A DNA stretch of 64,000 nt from the NCBI GenBank assembly GCA_963662435.1, contig OY759598.1, positions 3,070,507 to 3,134,506 on the forward strand. The letters run 5' to 3'. The translations under genes and the position numbers were made by a program. The stretch's first letter is position 1; every line of letters begins with the position of its first letter. This document shows positions 17,002 through 27,008 of the stretch, one piece after another. The notes beneath the pieces are model-generated. The model was not told the DNA's origin and ran no database searches. It saw only the letters and a program-made list of their open reading frames with translations. Origin of the DNA: Dehalococcoidia bacterium (GTDB lineage Bacteria; Chloroflexota; Dehalococcoidia; Lucifugimonadales; VXLM01).

Positions 17002-19407
17002 CTACCAGACCGTCTTCGAGCACTTGTCGTAAGGACTGCCGCCCTGGATGAATGCCCAGCTCTGGCAGTACTTCGAGCGGTTGCCCGGGTTGTGGAAGTT
17101 GTCCAGCCCATCCTCGAAGAATCGCGCCCAGGCCGTGAAGCCGTTGTGGTCGCGTTCGTGGGTGATCGGCTTGTTGCGGAAGTTGTTCCTCGTGACGAAC
17201 ACGCCCCGGAACACGCCGGAGTAGGCGCAGCAGTTCAGGCCCCAAAGCTGGTCGGCGTTGGTGGCGAACATTTCTTTGCCCATCTCGACTCGTCGCGGGT
17301 CAAGGTTGCTGACTCCAAGACCGTCGATCCACAGCTGCGAATTGCGCTGGAGCAGTCCGCCGGCGTCAGCCGGGAACTCGCCTGCGCCCGCCAGCGGTAG
17401 CCAGTTGGGATCGCCGCCCGTGGGCGCCATTCCCTCTTCACCGCGGGAGGCGTACCACTTGCCGATCTCACCCGCAAGGTCGCCGCGGGTAAGAGGCGCG
17501 AGGCTCGTCCACTGGACCATCCAGGGGTTGTACTGGTAGGCCGAGTAGTCGCGGGCGATGCCCGTCGTCTGGAGGCTGTCACGCGTCGTCTGCTGAACGG
17601 CGCCGATGTTAGTCTTGACGCCTACGCTTTCCCATGCCGCCCTCAGGATCTCAGCGGCCTGCGAAACTGCAGGGTTCGGGCTCGTGCCGACCGTGATCTG
17701 CATTTCGAGCGTGCCCGAGCCGTCCTTGTATATACGGAAGCCATCCTCGTCTCGATTATGCAGACCCAGCGCATCGAGCATCTGGTTGGCTTTGCCGAGG
17801 TCCTTCTCCATGTGGAGCATGCGGTACTCGTCACCCGGGTAGTACGGGTTGTTCGGGCGCGGGACGCGGTTCTGTACCACGCCAATGCCGGAAAGGACGA
17901 GGTCGTTGAGGACTTCTTTGTCACTCGTATGCGACAGAGCGATGCGGAAGTCTTGCGTCCTGATCAACTCACCGATGCGCGGGTCCTCGTTGTAGGTCTG
18001 CTGCATCGTCGTGGTCAGGTCGGCGCCGCCGCTGCTCGGCCAGTGGTAGATCGAGAAGTCGCCGCGCTCCATGTTCTGGATGTAGAGCGGAAGCTCACCG
18101 GGGATGAACGAAGACGTTCGACCGTCTTCCTCACCGGCCATCGAGCGGAACACGATAACGTCCCGGTTCTCCTGCTTGGTCATCACTGCGCCGTCGGTGT
18201 AGGGGATCTGGTTACCCTCGGGGTCGACGAACCAGTGGTACTGGTTCTTCATGAACAGACCCTGGGAGTCCGTCTCCTCGACGTTGCAGTAAGGTGCCGC
18301 GCAGGGGTTGCTGTCGATGTTGTCCCAGAAGGCGAGCTCGCCACGGAGCATGTCCAGCAAGTCCGTGTAGTTGCCGTCGGCAATGATCTTGTCGACTGCA
18401 GCCTGTCCCGCGTACTGCGGGTAGAGGCGCTTCAGCTCAGGGTGCCAGACCATGCACGGCCTGCCGGGTGAGCACAGTGTGCTGGGTGTTGCGCGCGACT
18501 CCATGATCGTGAAGATCGGGGTGTCATACTGCAGCGTCCAAGTGAGGTCGTCAACCACGGAGAACTTCGGCGGGTTCTGCGTAACCGGGTCACTGAATTC
18601 CAGCGGGAGCGGACCGCCGAAGAGAGCGGGCGTGAGGTTGACTTCCCACGCGAACTCGACCGATTCCATGTCGAGCGCATGGCCGTCGCCCCACTTGAGG
18701 CCCTCGCGCATCGTGAACGTCCAGAGCGTCCCGTCATCACTGACGTCCCAGCCCTTGCCGATCCACGGGAACCACTTCAGGCCGCCGAGGGAGTCACGCC
18801 TGTTCCAGCTGGCGAGAATCCACTCACCGATGTAGGAGTGACCCTGCGTCTGTCGATAGAATCCACCGTACTCGCCGATGCCGTCCGGTCCGGCGATGAC
18901 TTCTACGTCCTCAGGTACGGGGAGCCTCTCCATGAGCGGAGGGATCTCTCCGGACTTGACCAACTGAGCCGAGTGCGGGGACTCGAAGAACTGAGTCGGG
19001 CGAGGACCGTCATACTCCTGGTAAACCCAAACTTCGCCGGGTACCGGCTGCTTGGCAGGCTTCCAGGAGTGCGGGCTTCGGAGCGGGCAGTCGGTCACCA
19101 CGTCGCCCAAGATCACGCACGATGCCGGAACGGTTGGGCCCGTTTCAGGCGCAGGTGCTGCTACTGGGGCTGCCGGAGCAGCGGGTGCTGCCGGAGCTGC
19201 CGCGGGTGCCGGTGCCGGTGCGGGCACTGCAACCGGAGCGGGCGCCGGAGCCGGTGCTGGTCCAGCCGGAGCCGCAGCAGGGGCAGGCGCGGGCGCCGGT
19301 GCGGTAGTTGAACCACTGTCACCGTTGTCGCTGCTGCTACAGGCGACCAGTGCCAACGCCAGTATGAGACCGGCGACTATAGAGATTGTAAACCTAGTAC
19401 TTGGCAT
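17002..19407 (-). CDS. ABC transporter solute-binding lipoprotein, family 5, with Pro/Ala stalk
   Basis: ATG at 19407 after GAGGAGG; lipobox LVAC; (AP)n stalk; PPLMERLP, GEYGG, WDVSDDG-WTF-MREGLKW-DG, DPEGNQ-PY-D, FRIALS. Confidence 0.9.
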   Translation of the reverse strand: MPSTRFTISIVAGLILALALVACSSSDNGDSGSTTAPAPAPAPAAAPAGPAPAPAPAPVAVPAPAPAPAAAPAAPAAPAAPVAAPAPETGPTVPASCVILGDVVTDCPLRSPHSWKPAKQPVPGEVWVYQEYDGPRPTQFFESPHSAQLVKSGEIPPLMERLPVPEDVEVIAGPDGIGEYGGFYRQTQGHSYIGEWILASWNRRDSLGGLKWFPWIGKGWDVSDDGTLWTFTMREGLKWGDGHALDMESVEFAWEVNLTPALFGGPLPLEFSDPVTQNPPKFSVVDDLTWTLQYDTPIFTIMESRATPSTLCSPGRPCMVWHPELKRLYPQYAGQAAVDKIIADGNYTDLLDMLRGELAFWDNIDSNPCAAPYCNVEETDSQGLFMKNQYHWFVDPEGNQIPYTDGAVMTKQENRDVIVFRSMAGEEDGRTSSFIPGELPLYIQNMERGDFSIYHWPSSGGADLTTTMQQTYNEDPRIGELIRTQDFRIALSHTSDKEVLNDLVLSGIGVVQNRVPRPNNPYYPGDEYRMLHMEKDLGKANQMLDALGLHNRDEDGFRIYKDGSGTLEMQITVGTSPNPAVSQAAEILRAAWESVGVKTNIGAVQQTTRDSLQTTGIARDYSAYQYNPWMVQWTSLAPLTRGDLAGEIGKWYASRGEEGMAPTGGDPNWLPLAGAGEFPADAGGLLQRNSQLWIDGLGVSNLDPRRVEMGKEMFATNADQLWGLNCCAYSGVFRGVFVTRNNFRNKPITHERDHNGFTAWARFFEDGLDNFHNPGNRSKYCQSWAFIQGGSPYDKCSKTVW

Positions 19408-19790
19408 TCGATTCCTCCTCTTCATTAAAGCCAAATTTTGCGAATCCATCCATTCAGACCGATTCCGAGCGACTCTAGCATAGTGTCCAAAGGGCTGTCA
19501 ATGCGTCAAACACCAAATTCAGCGCATTTAATCAAGCTGGAACGCTATCCCGAAACCGCTCTCATGTTGTCCGCATTCCGCTCCCGTTTCGCCGAAAACT
19601 CAATGAGTCCTATCACCTCCATCGATAATTACTACGACCAAAGTGTGCGGAACGGTTTTCGATCCGCTCTGGGCGTCATGGATCCAAGTATCGCCCCGCT
19701 CTTGCGTCCCAAAATTTAGAAATTCGCCTAACGGATCGAAGACATATGACAGGTTAGAGAAGTAAGACGTGGCAATGGTGACGGAAACTT

Positions 19791-19817
19791 TTGCACTGCC
19801 CTAGAAATATGTATAAT
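19791..19817 (+). promoter_or_regulatory. Candidate sigma70 promoter for the 19914 gene
   Basis: Perfect TATAAT at 19812-19817 with TTGCAC 15 bp upstream (suboptimal spacing). Confidence 0.4.
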
Positions 19818-19913
19818 GTGCGCCATCCTTCACGTCGTGCGTTGTTGAGTACGGTATCGGAGTGCGATTGGGCTAGGTGGTTCGGATTGAGGATTCAGAA
19901 AGGATAGATACCT

Positions 19914-22295
19914 ATGCAAATGCGATATGTGATCGGATTCATTGTAGTTCTCTTAGTGATGTCCCTTGGCCTGTTCGCATGCGGGGGCTCTGATACAGAC
20001 GACACGGAGACCGCGGCGCCCGCCCCGGCCCCTGCTCCCGCCCCAGCACCTGCCCCAGCGCCCGCGCCGGCTCCGGCGCCCGCCCCGGTTGCTGTTCCGG
20101 CCGAAGCGCCCTCGATCATCCCGCAGCAGGTGGCCGCGCCTGCCCCGCCTCCTCCTCCCGCACCTGCCCCCGTTGCCAGGCCAAATATACCGGCCACCTG
20201 TTACATCGAAGGACAACAGGTCGCATCGTGCCCCGAGGCAAGCCCACACAAGTGGGAGGCTCCGACAGTTGCTCCGGGCGAGTTCCCCATCTGGCACTAC
20301 ACGGGACCCATGCCCACGAAGTTCTTCGAGTCGCCTATGTCGGCCGACCTGGTCAAGCAGGGCGTGATCCCACCTCTCGAGGAGCGGGTTCCCGTGCCTG
20401 AAGACCGCATGTATTCCCAGCCGCCCGACCAGATCGGCGTGTATGGTGGCGTAAGCCAGCTGAGCACGACCTTCACATTCCTGTCGGAACAGGCCCTTTC
20501 CAACTTCGGCGAGCGTGAGGCGGACGGCTTCACGTGGCGTCCATTCGTCGGCGCGGATTGGGGTTGGAGCGACGACGGCAGGACCCTTACGTTCCGATTG
20601 CGCGAGGGCCTCCGATGGTCGGACGGCGTTCCGTTTACGATGGACGACGTAGAGTGGGCATGGACCGCGCTCAAAGAGCCCAGGTACCAACCCAGCGTCC
20701 CCGTCAGATGGCGTGACCCCGTCACCAACAACCCTGTCCGTTGGGCCAAAGTGGACGACCTCAACTTCACCCTGACGTTTGACTCTCCGGTCTACAACAT
20801 CATGGAGGCGCGGACAAACAGGGGTTCAATCTGCACGGTGAATGGATTCTGCTGGTTCACCCCGAAGCATCACGTATCGCAGTTCATGCCGGAGATCGTG
20901 GGACAGGCTAAGGTCGACGAGATGATGGCTGCGGACGGGCACGAAGCCTTCGGTAGCTGGTGGGGATATCGAACATACGACATGTCCCGCGCCGACACCC
21001 CGTGCGCGAGAATCATGTGCGTAGGCGGAGTCGGCGATGAGAACGCGCAGGGTAAAGAGATCGGCAAGCTGACTCGCAACCACTATTCGTGGGCGTTCGA
21101 CCCCGAGGGCAACCAGCTTCCCTATCTCGACGGCGTCTGGATGTTCCAGAACGAGAGCAACGAGGTCGCGGTCTTCCGCAAGATGTCGGGCGAGAACGAC
21201 CACCCAATCACGTACAACAACTCCCTGACCGACGTGCCGCTTTACATCAGCAACATGGAGAGGGGCGACTACAGTGTCTACCGGTGGCCGTCGTTCGGCG
21301 GCAACGACGCCGGTCTCGCATTCCAGCAGACATGGAACGACGACCCATACCTCGGTGAGTTGTTCCGCACCCACGAGTTCCGCCAGGCCGTTTCGTACGC
21401 GCTTGACCGCGCCGCCATCAACGATACGTCGTTCCTCGGCCTCGGCACAGTACAGAACTTCGTACCGCGGCCCGACAACCCGTGGTACCCTGGCGACGAG
21501 GTCCGCGATCTCTACACTCGACGGAGCACCGCGGAGTCGAATAGCCTGTTGGACGGCCTTGGACTATCGGCGAGGGACGACGAGGGTTTCAGGTTGAGGC
21601 CTGACGGTGACCGGCTCACACTCCTGTTCACAACAAGTAGTGCGCAACAAGTCCAGATTCTGGAACTGGTACGTCAGCAGCTGGCAGAGGTCGGGATCGA
21701 ATTGGGCATCAGAAGCGGGCGGAACACCGCCCGGGCCGGTGAGCAGTACCTCTCGTTCACGGCCTCGTCCTACAACTATAATCCTTGGATGCTTGAGGGG
21801 GGCGAACTCTCGCCGTTGTCCGGGTCCCACTCGGTTGGACAACTGATCGGGAGATGGTACGAATCGGCCGGCAGCGAGGGCATGGCCCCAAGTCCCGATC
21901 CCAGTTACCTGCCTCTGGCTCCTTCCAGCAATTTCCCGGCGGACCCGTCTGGCAAGCTCCAGGAGAACGCCGAGCTTTGGCTCGATGGCAGACAGTACCC
22001 GCAGTTCTCTCCCGAGCGAGCCGAGGCCGGTAAAGTGATCTACCGGAACGTGGCCGAGCAGATATTCAACGTCCCAACCGTGGCTTTCACGGGCGTAGCG
22101 CGCGGCATCGTGTTTAAGCGGAACAACATGCGGAACGTTCCCAAGACCCACATCCGCGACATTTTCGGATTTGCAGGCTTTAACTACTCGTTCGAGGACG
22201 GTGAAGATAACCTCAACCACCCGGGCAACCGCTCGAACCTCTACCGCAGCGTGAGCTTCCTCGACACCGACTTCTTCTTTGACGACAGCAGGTAG
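19914..22295 (+). CDS. ABC transporter solute-binding lipoprotein, family 5 (divergent paralog of 17002-19407)
   Basis: Lipobox LFAC, (AP)11 stalk and the same SBP5 motifs; shared C-terminal FEDG-DN--HPGNRS. Confidence 0.9.
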   Translation: MQMRYVIGFIVVLLVMSLGLFACGGSDTDDTETAAPAPAPAPAPAPAPAPAPAPAPAPVAVPAEAPSIIPQQVAAPAPPPPPAPAPVARPNIPATCYIEGQQVASCPEASPHKWEAPTVAPGEFPIWHYTGPMPTKFFESPMSADLVKQGVIPPLEERVPVPEDRMYSQPPDQIGVYGGVSQLSTTFTFLSEQALSNFGEREADGFTWRPFVGADWGWSDDGRTLTFRLREGLRWSDGVPFTMDDVEWAWTALKEPRYQPSVPVRWRDPVTNNPVRWAKVDDLNFTLTFDSPVYNIMEARTNRGSICTVNGFCWFTPKHHVSQFMPEIVGQAKVDEMMAADGHEAFGSWWGYRTYDMSRADTPCARIMCVGGVGDENAQGKEIGKLTRNHYSWAFDPEGNQLPYLDGVWMFQNESNEVAVFRKMSGENDHPITYNNSLTDVPLYISNMERGDYSVYRWPSFGGNDAGLAFQQTWNDDPYLGELFRTHEFRQAVSYALDRAAINDTSFLGLGTVQNFVPRPDNPWYPGDEVRDLYTRRSTAESNSLLDGLGLSARDDEGFRLRPDGDRLTLLFTTSSAQQVQILELVRQQLAEVGIELGIRSGRNTARAGEQYLSFTASSYNYNPWMLEGGELSPLSGSHSVGQLIGRWYESAGSEGMAPSPDPSYLPLAPSSNFPADPSGKLQENAELWLDGRQYPQFSPERAEAGKVIYRNVAEQIFNVPTVAFTGVARGIVFKRNNMRNVPKTHIRDIFGFAGFNYSFEDGEDNLNHPGNRSNLYRSVSFLDTDFFFDDSR

Positions 22296-22326
22296 TCGAC
22301 GTAACGAGCCAAGCTAGGTTAAAGGG

Positions 22327-22362
22327 ATAGGCCCTGCTCACTCGAGCGGGGCCTATTTCATT
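22327..22362 (+). terminator. Intrinsic terminator
   Basis: Hairpin ATAGGCCCTGCTC-ACTC-GAGCGGGGCCTAT followed by TTCATT. Confidence 0.7.
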
Positions 22363-22572
22363 CTATTCCTATCTCTCCCTTTTGGTGGGGTTGGCAGAGG
22401 TGGGAAGACCTAAAAAGTAACTATGGTCTGACCCCCGGTTACCTGTCATTCCGAGCGGAGCGAGGAATCTAAGGTCTCTGCCCGCAATAACGGATTTTCA
22501 TTGCCACGTTCACGATGCGGCTGGCATCGTGCGGCCTCCTTCAGTCGACTCTGCCTACGGAAGGAAACCTTT

Positions 22573-22682
22573 GAAGGTGTCCAAATGAGACACGTTCGCC
22601 CTGAGCTTGTCGAAGGGTGGCAATGCTACCCATGATCCCAGGAGATTCCTGCGAACGATCGACTGATCCATTAGACGCCCTT
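22573..22682. mobile_element. MITE-like element (second copy at 31907-32019)
   Basis: Ends GAAGGTGTCCAAATG / CATTAGACGCCCTT; internal REP and GGTGGCAATGCTACCCATGATCCCAGGAGAT are shared with the 31907 copy. Confidence 0.5.
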
Positions 22683-22817
22683 TTAGATTCTTCGACTGCG
22701 CTGCGTTCAGAATGACAGCGAGGTTGTCTCCTCGCCAATGGGCGAGTTGCCGATTGTCAATTACCTACTCCAGTCTCTCCCCGAAGGTCAGAGACTCAGA
22801 TAGGTGGCACAAAAGCC

Positions 22818-22889
22818 CTCCCTACTCCGACGTAATCTCGTGCGGCCCTAGCTCGTCGTCCACCAGGCGCCGGTGGTAGTTCTTGCCCA
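22818..22889 (-). repeat. Orphan copy of the 3' end of the 24911-26500 gene
   Basis: 66/72 identity to 24907-24978; encodes GKNYHRRLVDDELGPHEITSE* versus GKNYHRSFVDDELGPHEITSE*. Confidence 0.9.
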
Positions 22890-23162
22890 CTGGGCAGCTC
22901 ATGTCATACGGTATCGTCGTTGGCATCGACACATTTATTTCAAAGTGGGTTAGTAGCAAGGCGTGCCTTGTTCCAGCGAAGGGCAGCACCTGAAAATCTC
23001 TGTGGAGAGCAACGTGCTCTTGTTCTAGTCGGATCGAGTATCGTGCTTCCGGCGTATCACTGAGTTCGAAGTAGGCCCACTCATCCTCGCCTGCAGCAAG
23101 GGAAGACGCACAGGTGTCGAGACCCGCCCGGTGGCGGTCTCCGAATTGACAAGGAGTTCGAC

Positions 23163-24674
23163 GTGAGAAAACAACGCACAATGTACCTTGACGATGCCCG
23201 CCACTACTACCTGTACGTCTTCGAGCCTCCGATGACGATGGAAGAAGCCTGGCTTCCGGTGGACCAGGTAGCCGGTACGGCCGTAGACACCTTCGTGTAT
23301 GGCGTCGCCTGCGGTGGACTGTTCTATCCGACAAAGGTCGGCAGCCAGTTCGGCGCGGTGGAGCGCACGGCAAGCGGGCCGTATTCGACCATGATGTCGA
23401 GGAGCCCTTTCTATGGAGCCTCTACCTGGAGGGCGTGGGAGAACATGAAAAGCCTGATGCAGCGGGGACTGGACCCGTTGGAGGTTCTGATTGACCGGGC
23501 GCACGAGAAGAACATGGAATTTATCGCCAGTCTACGGATGGGCACCCTGGACCCATCGAACCCCTCCCACATGGGGTCTCAGGGAGGCGACATGCTGGGT
23601 CACAGGGAGGTAAGGGACCTGCTCTTCTCGATAGTGGAGGAGCTGGTTTGCGAGTACGACATCGACGGTGTTGAGCTGGACTTCTCAGCTCCTCCGGCGT
23701 CTTGGGACCTATTCCGGCGTGAGCAGGCTCGGGAAAATATACCCCTGCTGACCGAGCTGGTCCACAGGACCGCCTCGATGGTGGGCAGCAAGCAGAACAG
23801 GCACCTTGCTGTGGGCGCCAAGGTGTTTCCGACAGAGGAGATGAATCTCGACCGAGGCCTCGACGTGCGCTCGTGGCTGGGACAGGGATTGCTGGACTAC
23901 GTGGTGCCGGCGGCGTTCTACTACCCCTTGGAACTGGATCCCGACCTGCCATTGGACTGGGTTGTTGAGGCCGCGCACGCGAACGACACGGCAGTCTATC
24001 CGCCCCTTCCCCCATTCTTGAACTCCGGGTCCGGGGCAGGGCTCAGAGAGTACGCGACGACAAACATGTTTCGAGCCGCGGCTGCCAACTACCTCGACCG
24101 TGGGGCTGATGGCCTGCTTACCTGTTTTCTCCCTTGGCCGCTCGGTCCGGATCAGCGTGCGTTGCTGACGGAGTTGGGCGATGCCGAGTCCCTCAGAAAA
24201 GGCGACAAACACTATAGCCTGCGCAAACGGAATGAAGACGCCGACAGGGTCGGCTGCGAGTACGTCACCCTGCCGCTGGAGGTGCCGTTCGGGCGCCCCG
24301 GCGAGTTGCACGACATTCCATTCTACGTCTCCGACGACATAGATCGAGAGACTCAGCGCATACGTCGCATCCTGCTCAAGCTCATCGTCGCTGAATTGGT
24401 GACCGCAGACCGGCTCACTGTCCTGCTCAATGGGGCGTCGCTTGAAGGCGAGAGGTGCCTCAGGTCCCCCAGGCCGGGAGTGAGTCCGTACTCGGCCCAG
24501 GTACTGGAGTTCGATCTGACCGAAGTACGCCCGCGCAAGGGGCACAACGTCCTGTCAGTCTCACTGGACGAGAGGCCTCCCGGGCTCGAGGCTGGCATCA
24601 GTGTCGAAGGCGTCGAGATCACTGTCGAGTATGGCAGCTATCCGTCTGCGTTGAGCCCGACTCCCAAGAAATAG
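23163..24674 (+). CDS. Glycosyl hydrolase-like family 10 (GHL10/DUF187-like) TIM-barrel protein
   Basis: GTG after AAGGAG; DDARH-YLY-FEPPM, DPLEVLIDRAHEK, YDIDGVELDF; paralog of 24911-26500. Confidence 0.7.
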   Translation: MRKQRTMYLDDARHYYLYVFEPPMTMEEAWLPVDQVAGTAVDTFVYGVACGGLFYPTKVGSQFGAVERTASGPYSTMMSRSPFYGASTWRAWENMKSLMQRGLDPLEVLIDRAHEKNMEFIASLRMGTLDPSNPSHMGSQGGDMLGHREVRDLLFSIVEELVCEYDIDGVELDFSAPPASWDLFRREQARENIPLLTELVHRTASMVGSKQNRHLAVGAKVFPTEEMNLDRGLDVRSWLGQGLLDYVVPAAFYYPLELDPDLPLDWVVEAAHANDTAVYPPLPPFLNSGSGAGLREYATTNMFRAAAANYLDRGADGLLTCFLPWPLGPDQRALLTELGDAESLRKGDKHYSLRKRNEDADRVGCEYVTLPLEVPFGRPGELHDIPFYVSDDIDRETQRIRRILLKLIVAELVTADRLTVLLNGASLEGERCLRSPRPGVSPYSAQVLEFDLTEVRPRKGHNVLSVSLDERPPGLEAGISVEGVEITVEYGSYPSALSPTPKK

Positions 24675-24910
24675 GAAGCATGCGCGCAACCGCTCCCGGC
24701 TCCGCACGCCTTTCACAATCTCTCCGTTCCGGCTACGGGACTCCGCTTGAAAAATATAGCCCTGAGATTCCTCATTCCGTTCCGCTTCATTCGAAATGAC
24801 GGATTTCGGGGCTACGCATGGGCCCCGCTCATGCAAGGGGGCCCTTACGCTACATATGGTCTCTACCCCGTCCGACGGGTGAGAGTTTCAGAGAGGGGGC
24901 GTGAATCTCC

Positions 24911-26500
24911 CTACTCCGACGTAATCTCGTGCGGCCCCAGCTCGTCGTCGACAAAGCTGCGGTGGTAGTTCTTGCCCATCAGGTACCGGATATCCAACTC
25001 GATGTCTCGGACCAGTGTCTGCTCCAGCGGGACCTTGTCCACCACGTCGTGGGTGATTTCGAGGGTGTTGTCTCCCCGGACAGGCCAGTATTCGCTGTCG
25101 AGGTCATAGATGAACCAGTAGCCGGAGCCCACGCGGTACCTCGGCGCGCTCATGCGGTACAGGGCGTTTATCATGCGGAGGGAGCCATCAGGCAGGGTCT
25201 TGCCGTTCAGCTTGAAGCTGATCTCGTCAAGCTCCGTCATCCCCATGATGCGGACGCGGAGCAGCACCTTGTGGATGCGCCCCACCGCGTCCCACTTCCG
25301 CAGGTCGTCGGAGATGATGAGGGTGAACGTCTCGGTCTCCCCTTCGTGAAGATCGCGAGTGAGTTGCATGGACAGTCCCGGTTCCGTAGCGGGGTCCTGG
25401 TAGCGCTGGGAGATGGTCGGGAGAGAGTAGATTTTGTCCTTCGTCTCCATGACCTCGGGGTAGGGAATCTCCCGGAGCTTCTCATAGAAGTCGGCCTGGT
25501 AGGGCCAGTTTCCAAACCAGTGGGCCAGGTAAAGTCCATCGACTCCCTGCATCCAGTAATTGGTTGCAGCCGCTCGGATCATCTCTATGGTGCCCTGACT
25601 GACGCGGTCCGTATCCGCGTTGCTCTGGATGGCGGCAAGGACCCGCGTGTCCTTACCCTCAGTGGCCTCTATCAGCTCGCGGAAGTTGGACATGCCCGAC
25701 AGAAGCTCGGGCCCGGAGAAGTCCTGGGCGATTATCACGTCCACAAGGTCCTGCTCGATCCAGTCGATGACGTCCATGCCGACTGAGAGACATCCCTTGA
25801 CGCTGGCCGGTATGCGGACGATCAAATCCCTATCGGCGCCGCTGGCCTTCACGGCCTCGGATACACGCCGTATCCAGTCCGTCATGATCGGGATGCCGGC
25901 CTCCACCTCGTTGGGGTGGAAGTAGAACGGCTGGTAGTTCATCTGGAGCTCGAAGCCGTCGCAGTCGTAGTTCTGCAGGGTCTCCTCGATGATGGAGAAC
26001 CGTTCGTCCCGTATCTCATCGTGCTTGAAGTCGGCGCATTGAAAACCCTTGAAGCTCTCGGGCACGTCACCGGCAGCGCCGATGTCGAGGTGCTTGTGGG
26101 TAAAGCGGAAGGTCGACCCTCTGGTATCCGTCTCAGGGTCGCCGCTGCCCTGCTGAACGAGGAGAACGGGGTTGAACGCGAATCCCTTCTCGTGGGCCCG
26201 GTCCGCCACTAACTTCAGGGGGTCGTTGCCTGTCTCTATGAGGTGCTTCGCATTCTGGTGCGCGCGCCGGAAGATGATGTGCCCCCAGCGGTCCTGGTTG
26301 TCTCCCCACAGCTCGCCGACTTTCGTGTCGTGCAGGACCGTGCGACCGTCACCCATGCAGAAGTTGATGGCCTGGATTGGCGTGCCGATGAGCTCATCGA
26401 CGGCCTGCTGGTACTCCGCCACCTGCATCGGCGGCTCGTACATGTAGATCAGGGGATGCCTTCCGTCGTGGTAGAACATCATTGTTGGTTTCGTAGTCAT
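24911..26500 (-). CDS. Glycosyl hydrolase-like family 10 (GHL10/DUF187-like) TIM-barrel protein
   Basis: HDGRHPLIYMYEPPM, DPLKLVADRAHEK, YDCDGFELQM, GVDGLY; AGGAGG RBS. Confidence 0.75.
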   Translation of the reverse strand: MTTKPTMMFYHDGRHPLIYMYEPPMQVAEYQQAVDELIGTPIQAINFCMGDGRTVLHDTKVGELWGDNQDRWGHIIFRRAHQNAKHLIETGNDPLKLVADRAHEKGFAFNPVLLVQQGSGDPETDTRGSTFRFTHKHLDIGAAGDVPESFKGFQCADFKHDEIRDERFSIIEETLQNYDCDGFELQMNYQPFYFHPNEVEAGIPIMTDWIRRVSEAVKASGADRDLIVRIPASVKGCLSVGMDVIDWIEQDLVDVIIAQDFSGPELLSGMSNFRELIEATEGKDTRVLAAIQSNADTDRVSQGTIEMIRAAATNYWMQGVDGLYLAHWFGNWPYQADFYEKLREIPYPEVMETKDKIYSLPTISQRYQDPATEPGLSMQLTRDLHEGETETFTLIISDDLRKWDAVGRIHKVLLRVRIMGMTELDEISFKLNGKTLPDGSLRMINALYRMSAPRYRVGSGYWFIYDLDSEYWPVRGDNTLEITHDVVDKVPLEQTLVRDIELDIRYLMGKNYHRSFVDDELGPHEITSE

Positions 26501-26613
26501 GGGTTCCCTCCTAGGAGACGTGAGTGGACGCCTATTCTACACTTGTTAAGGTAATGCGTCAGCAAAGAACCTTACCCGTGGCCTGCACGGACTGGTATCA
26601 TGTTTGGGCGAAC

Positions 26614-26775
26614 ATGAGGATATCCCTTAAACTCACGGCATGGACGGTCGCACTCGTTGGGGTGGCGCTCTTCATACTCGGAGGCGCCCTTTCCAATGAT
26701 GTGGTGAGCAGGGCCGGCCTGATCGCCGCTCTGACCGGAGTGGTCTGGGCGATTGGCCTCCGGGCCCGGCGATAG
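26614..26775 (+). CDS. Small two-TM membrane protein
   Basis: 53 aa with two hydrophobic helices (ALVGVALFILGG, GLIAALTGVVWAIGL). Confidence 0.5.
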   Translation: MRISLKLTAWTVALVGVALFILGGALSNDVVSRAGLIAALTGVVWAIGLRARR

Positions 26776-26805
26776 ACGGGGGATATTCAAGAAAGAGAGG
26801 GACGG

Positions 26806-27000
26806 ATGGGATACGCAGAGACGGACTCGGTGGATGCTGGGATGAAGTTCACGTCGCCTAGCGGCATGGCAGTCGAGACGACTGGCACGACCGTTCACGT
26901 CGATAGCCACGACTTGTACGTTCACGAGGTGGAGATCCTCGAAGGCGTCGGTCAGGGCAATCGGTTCCTTCTGAACTTGGACGTGGCGGAAGAAGCCTAA
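26806..27000 (+). CDS. Small hypothetical beta-rich protein
   Basis: 64 aa, GAGG RBS, host-like codon usage. Confidence 0.7.
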   Translation: MGYAETDSVDAGMKFTSPSGMAVETTGTTVHVDSHDLYVHEVEILEGVGQGNRFLLNLDVAEEA

Positions 27001-27008
27001 CCGAGCGT

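Noticed and set aside
19150..20175. GC-rich short-period repeats (19150-19300 and 20015-20175) as non-coding or phase-variable tracts
   Set aside because: They encode Pro-Ala linkers with varied synonymous codons, so the repeat is at the protein level.
22818..24978. 72-bp repeat pair as the template and variable regions of a diversity-generating retroelement
   Set aside because: Mismatches are not adenine-specific, half are synonymous, and there is no reverse transcriptase in the window.
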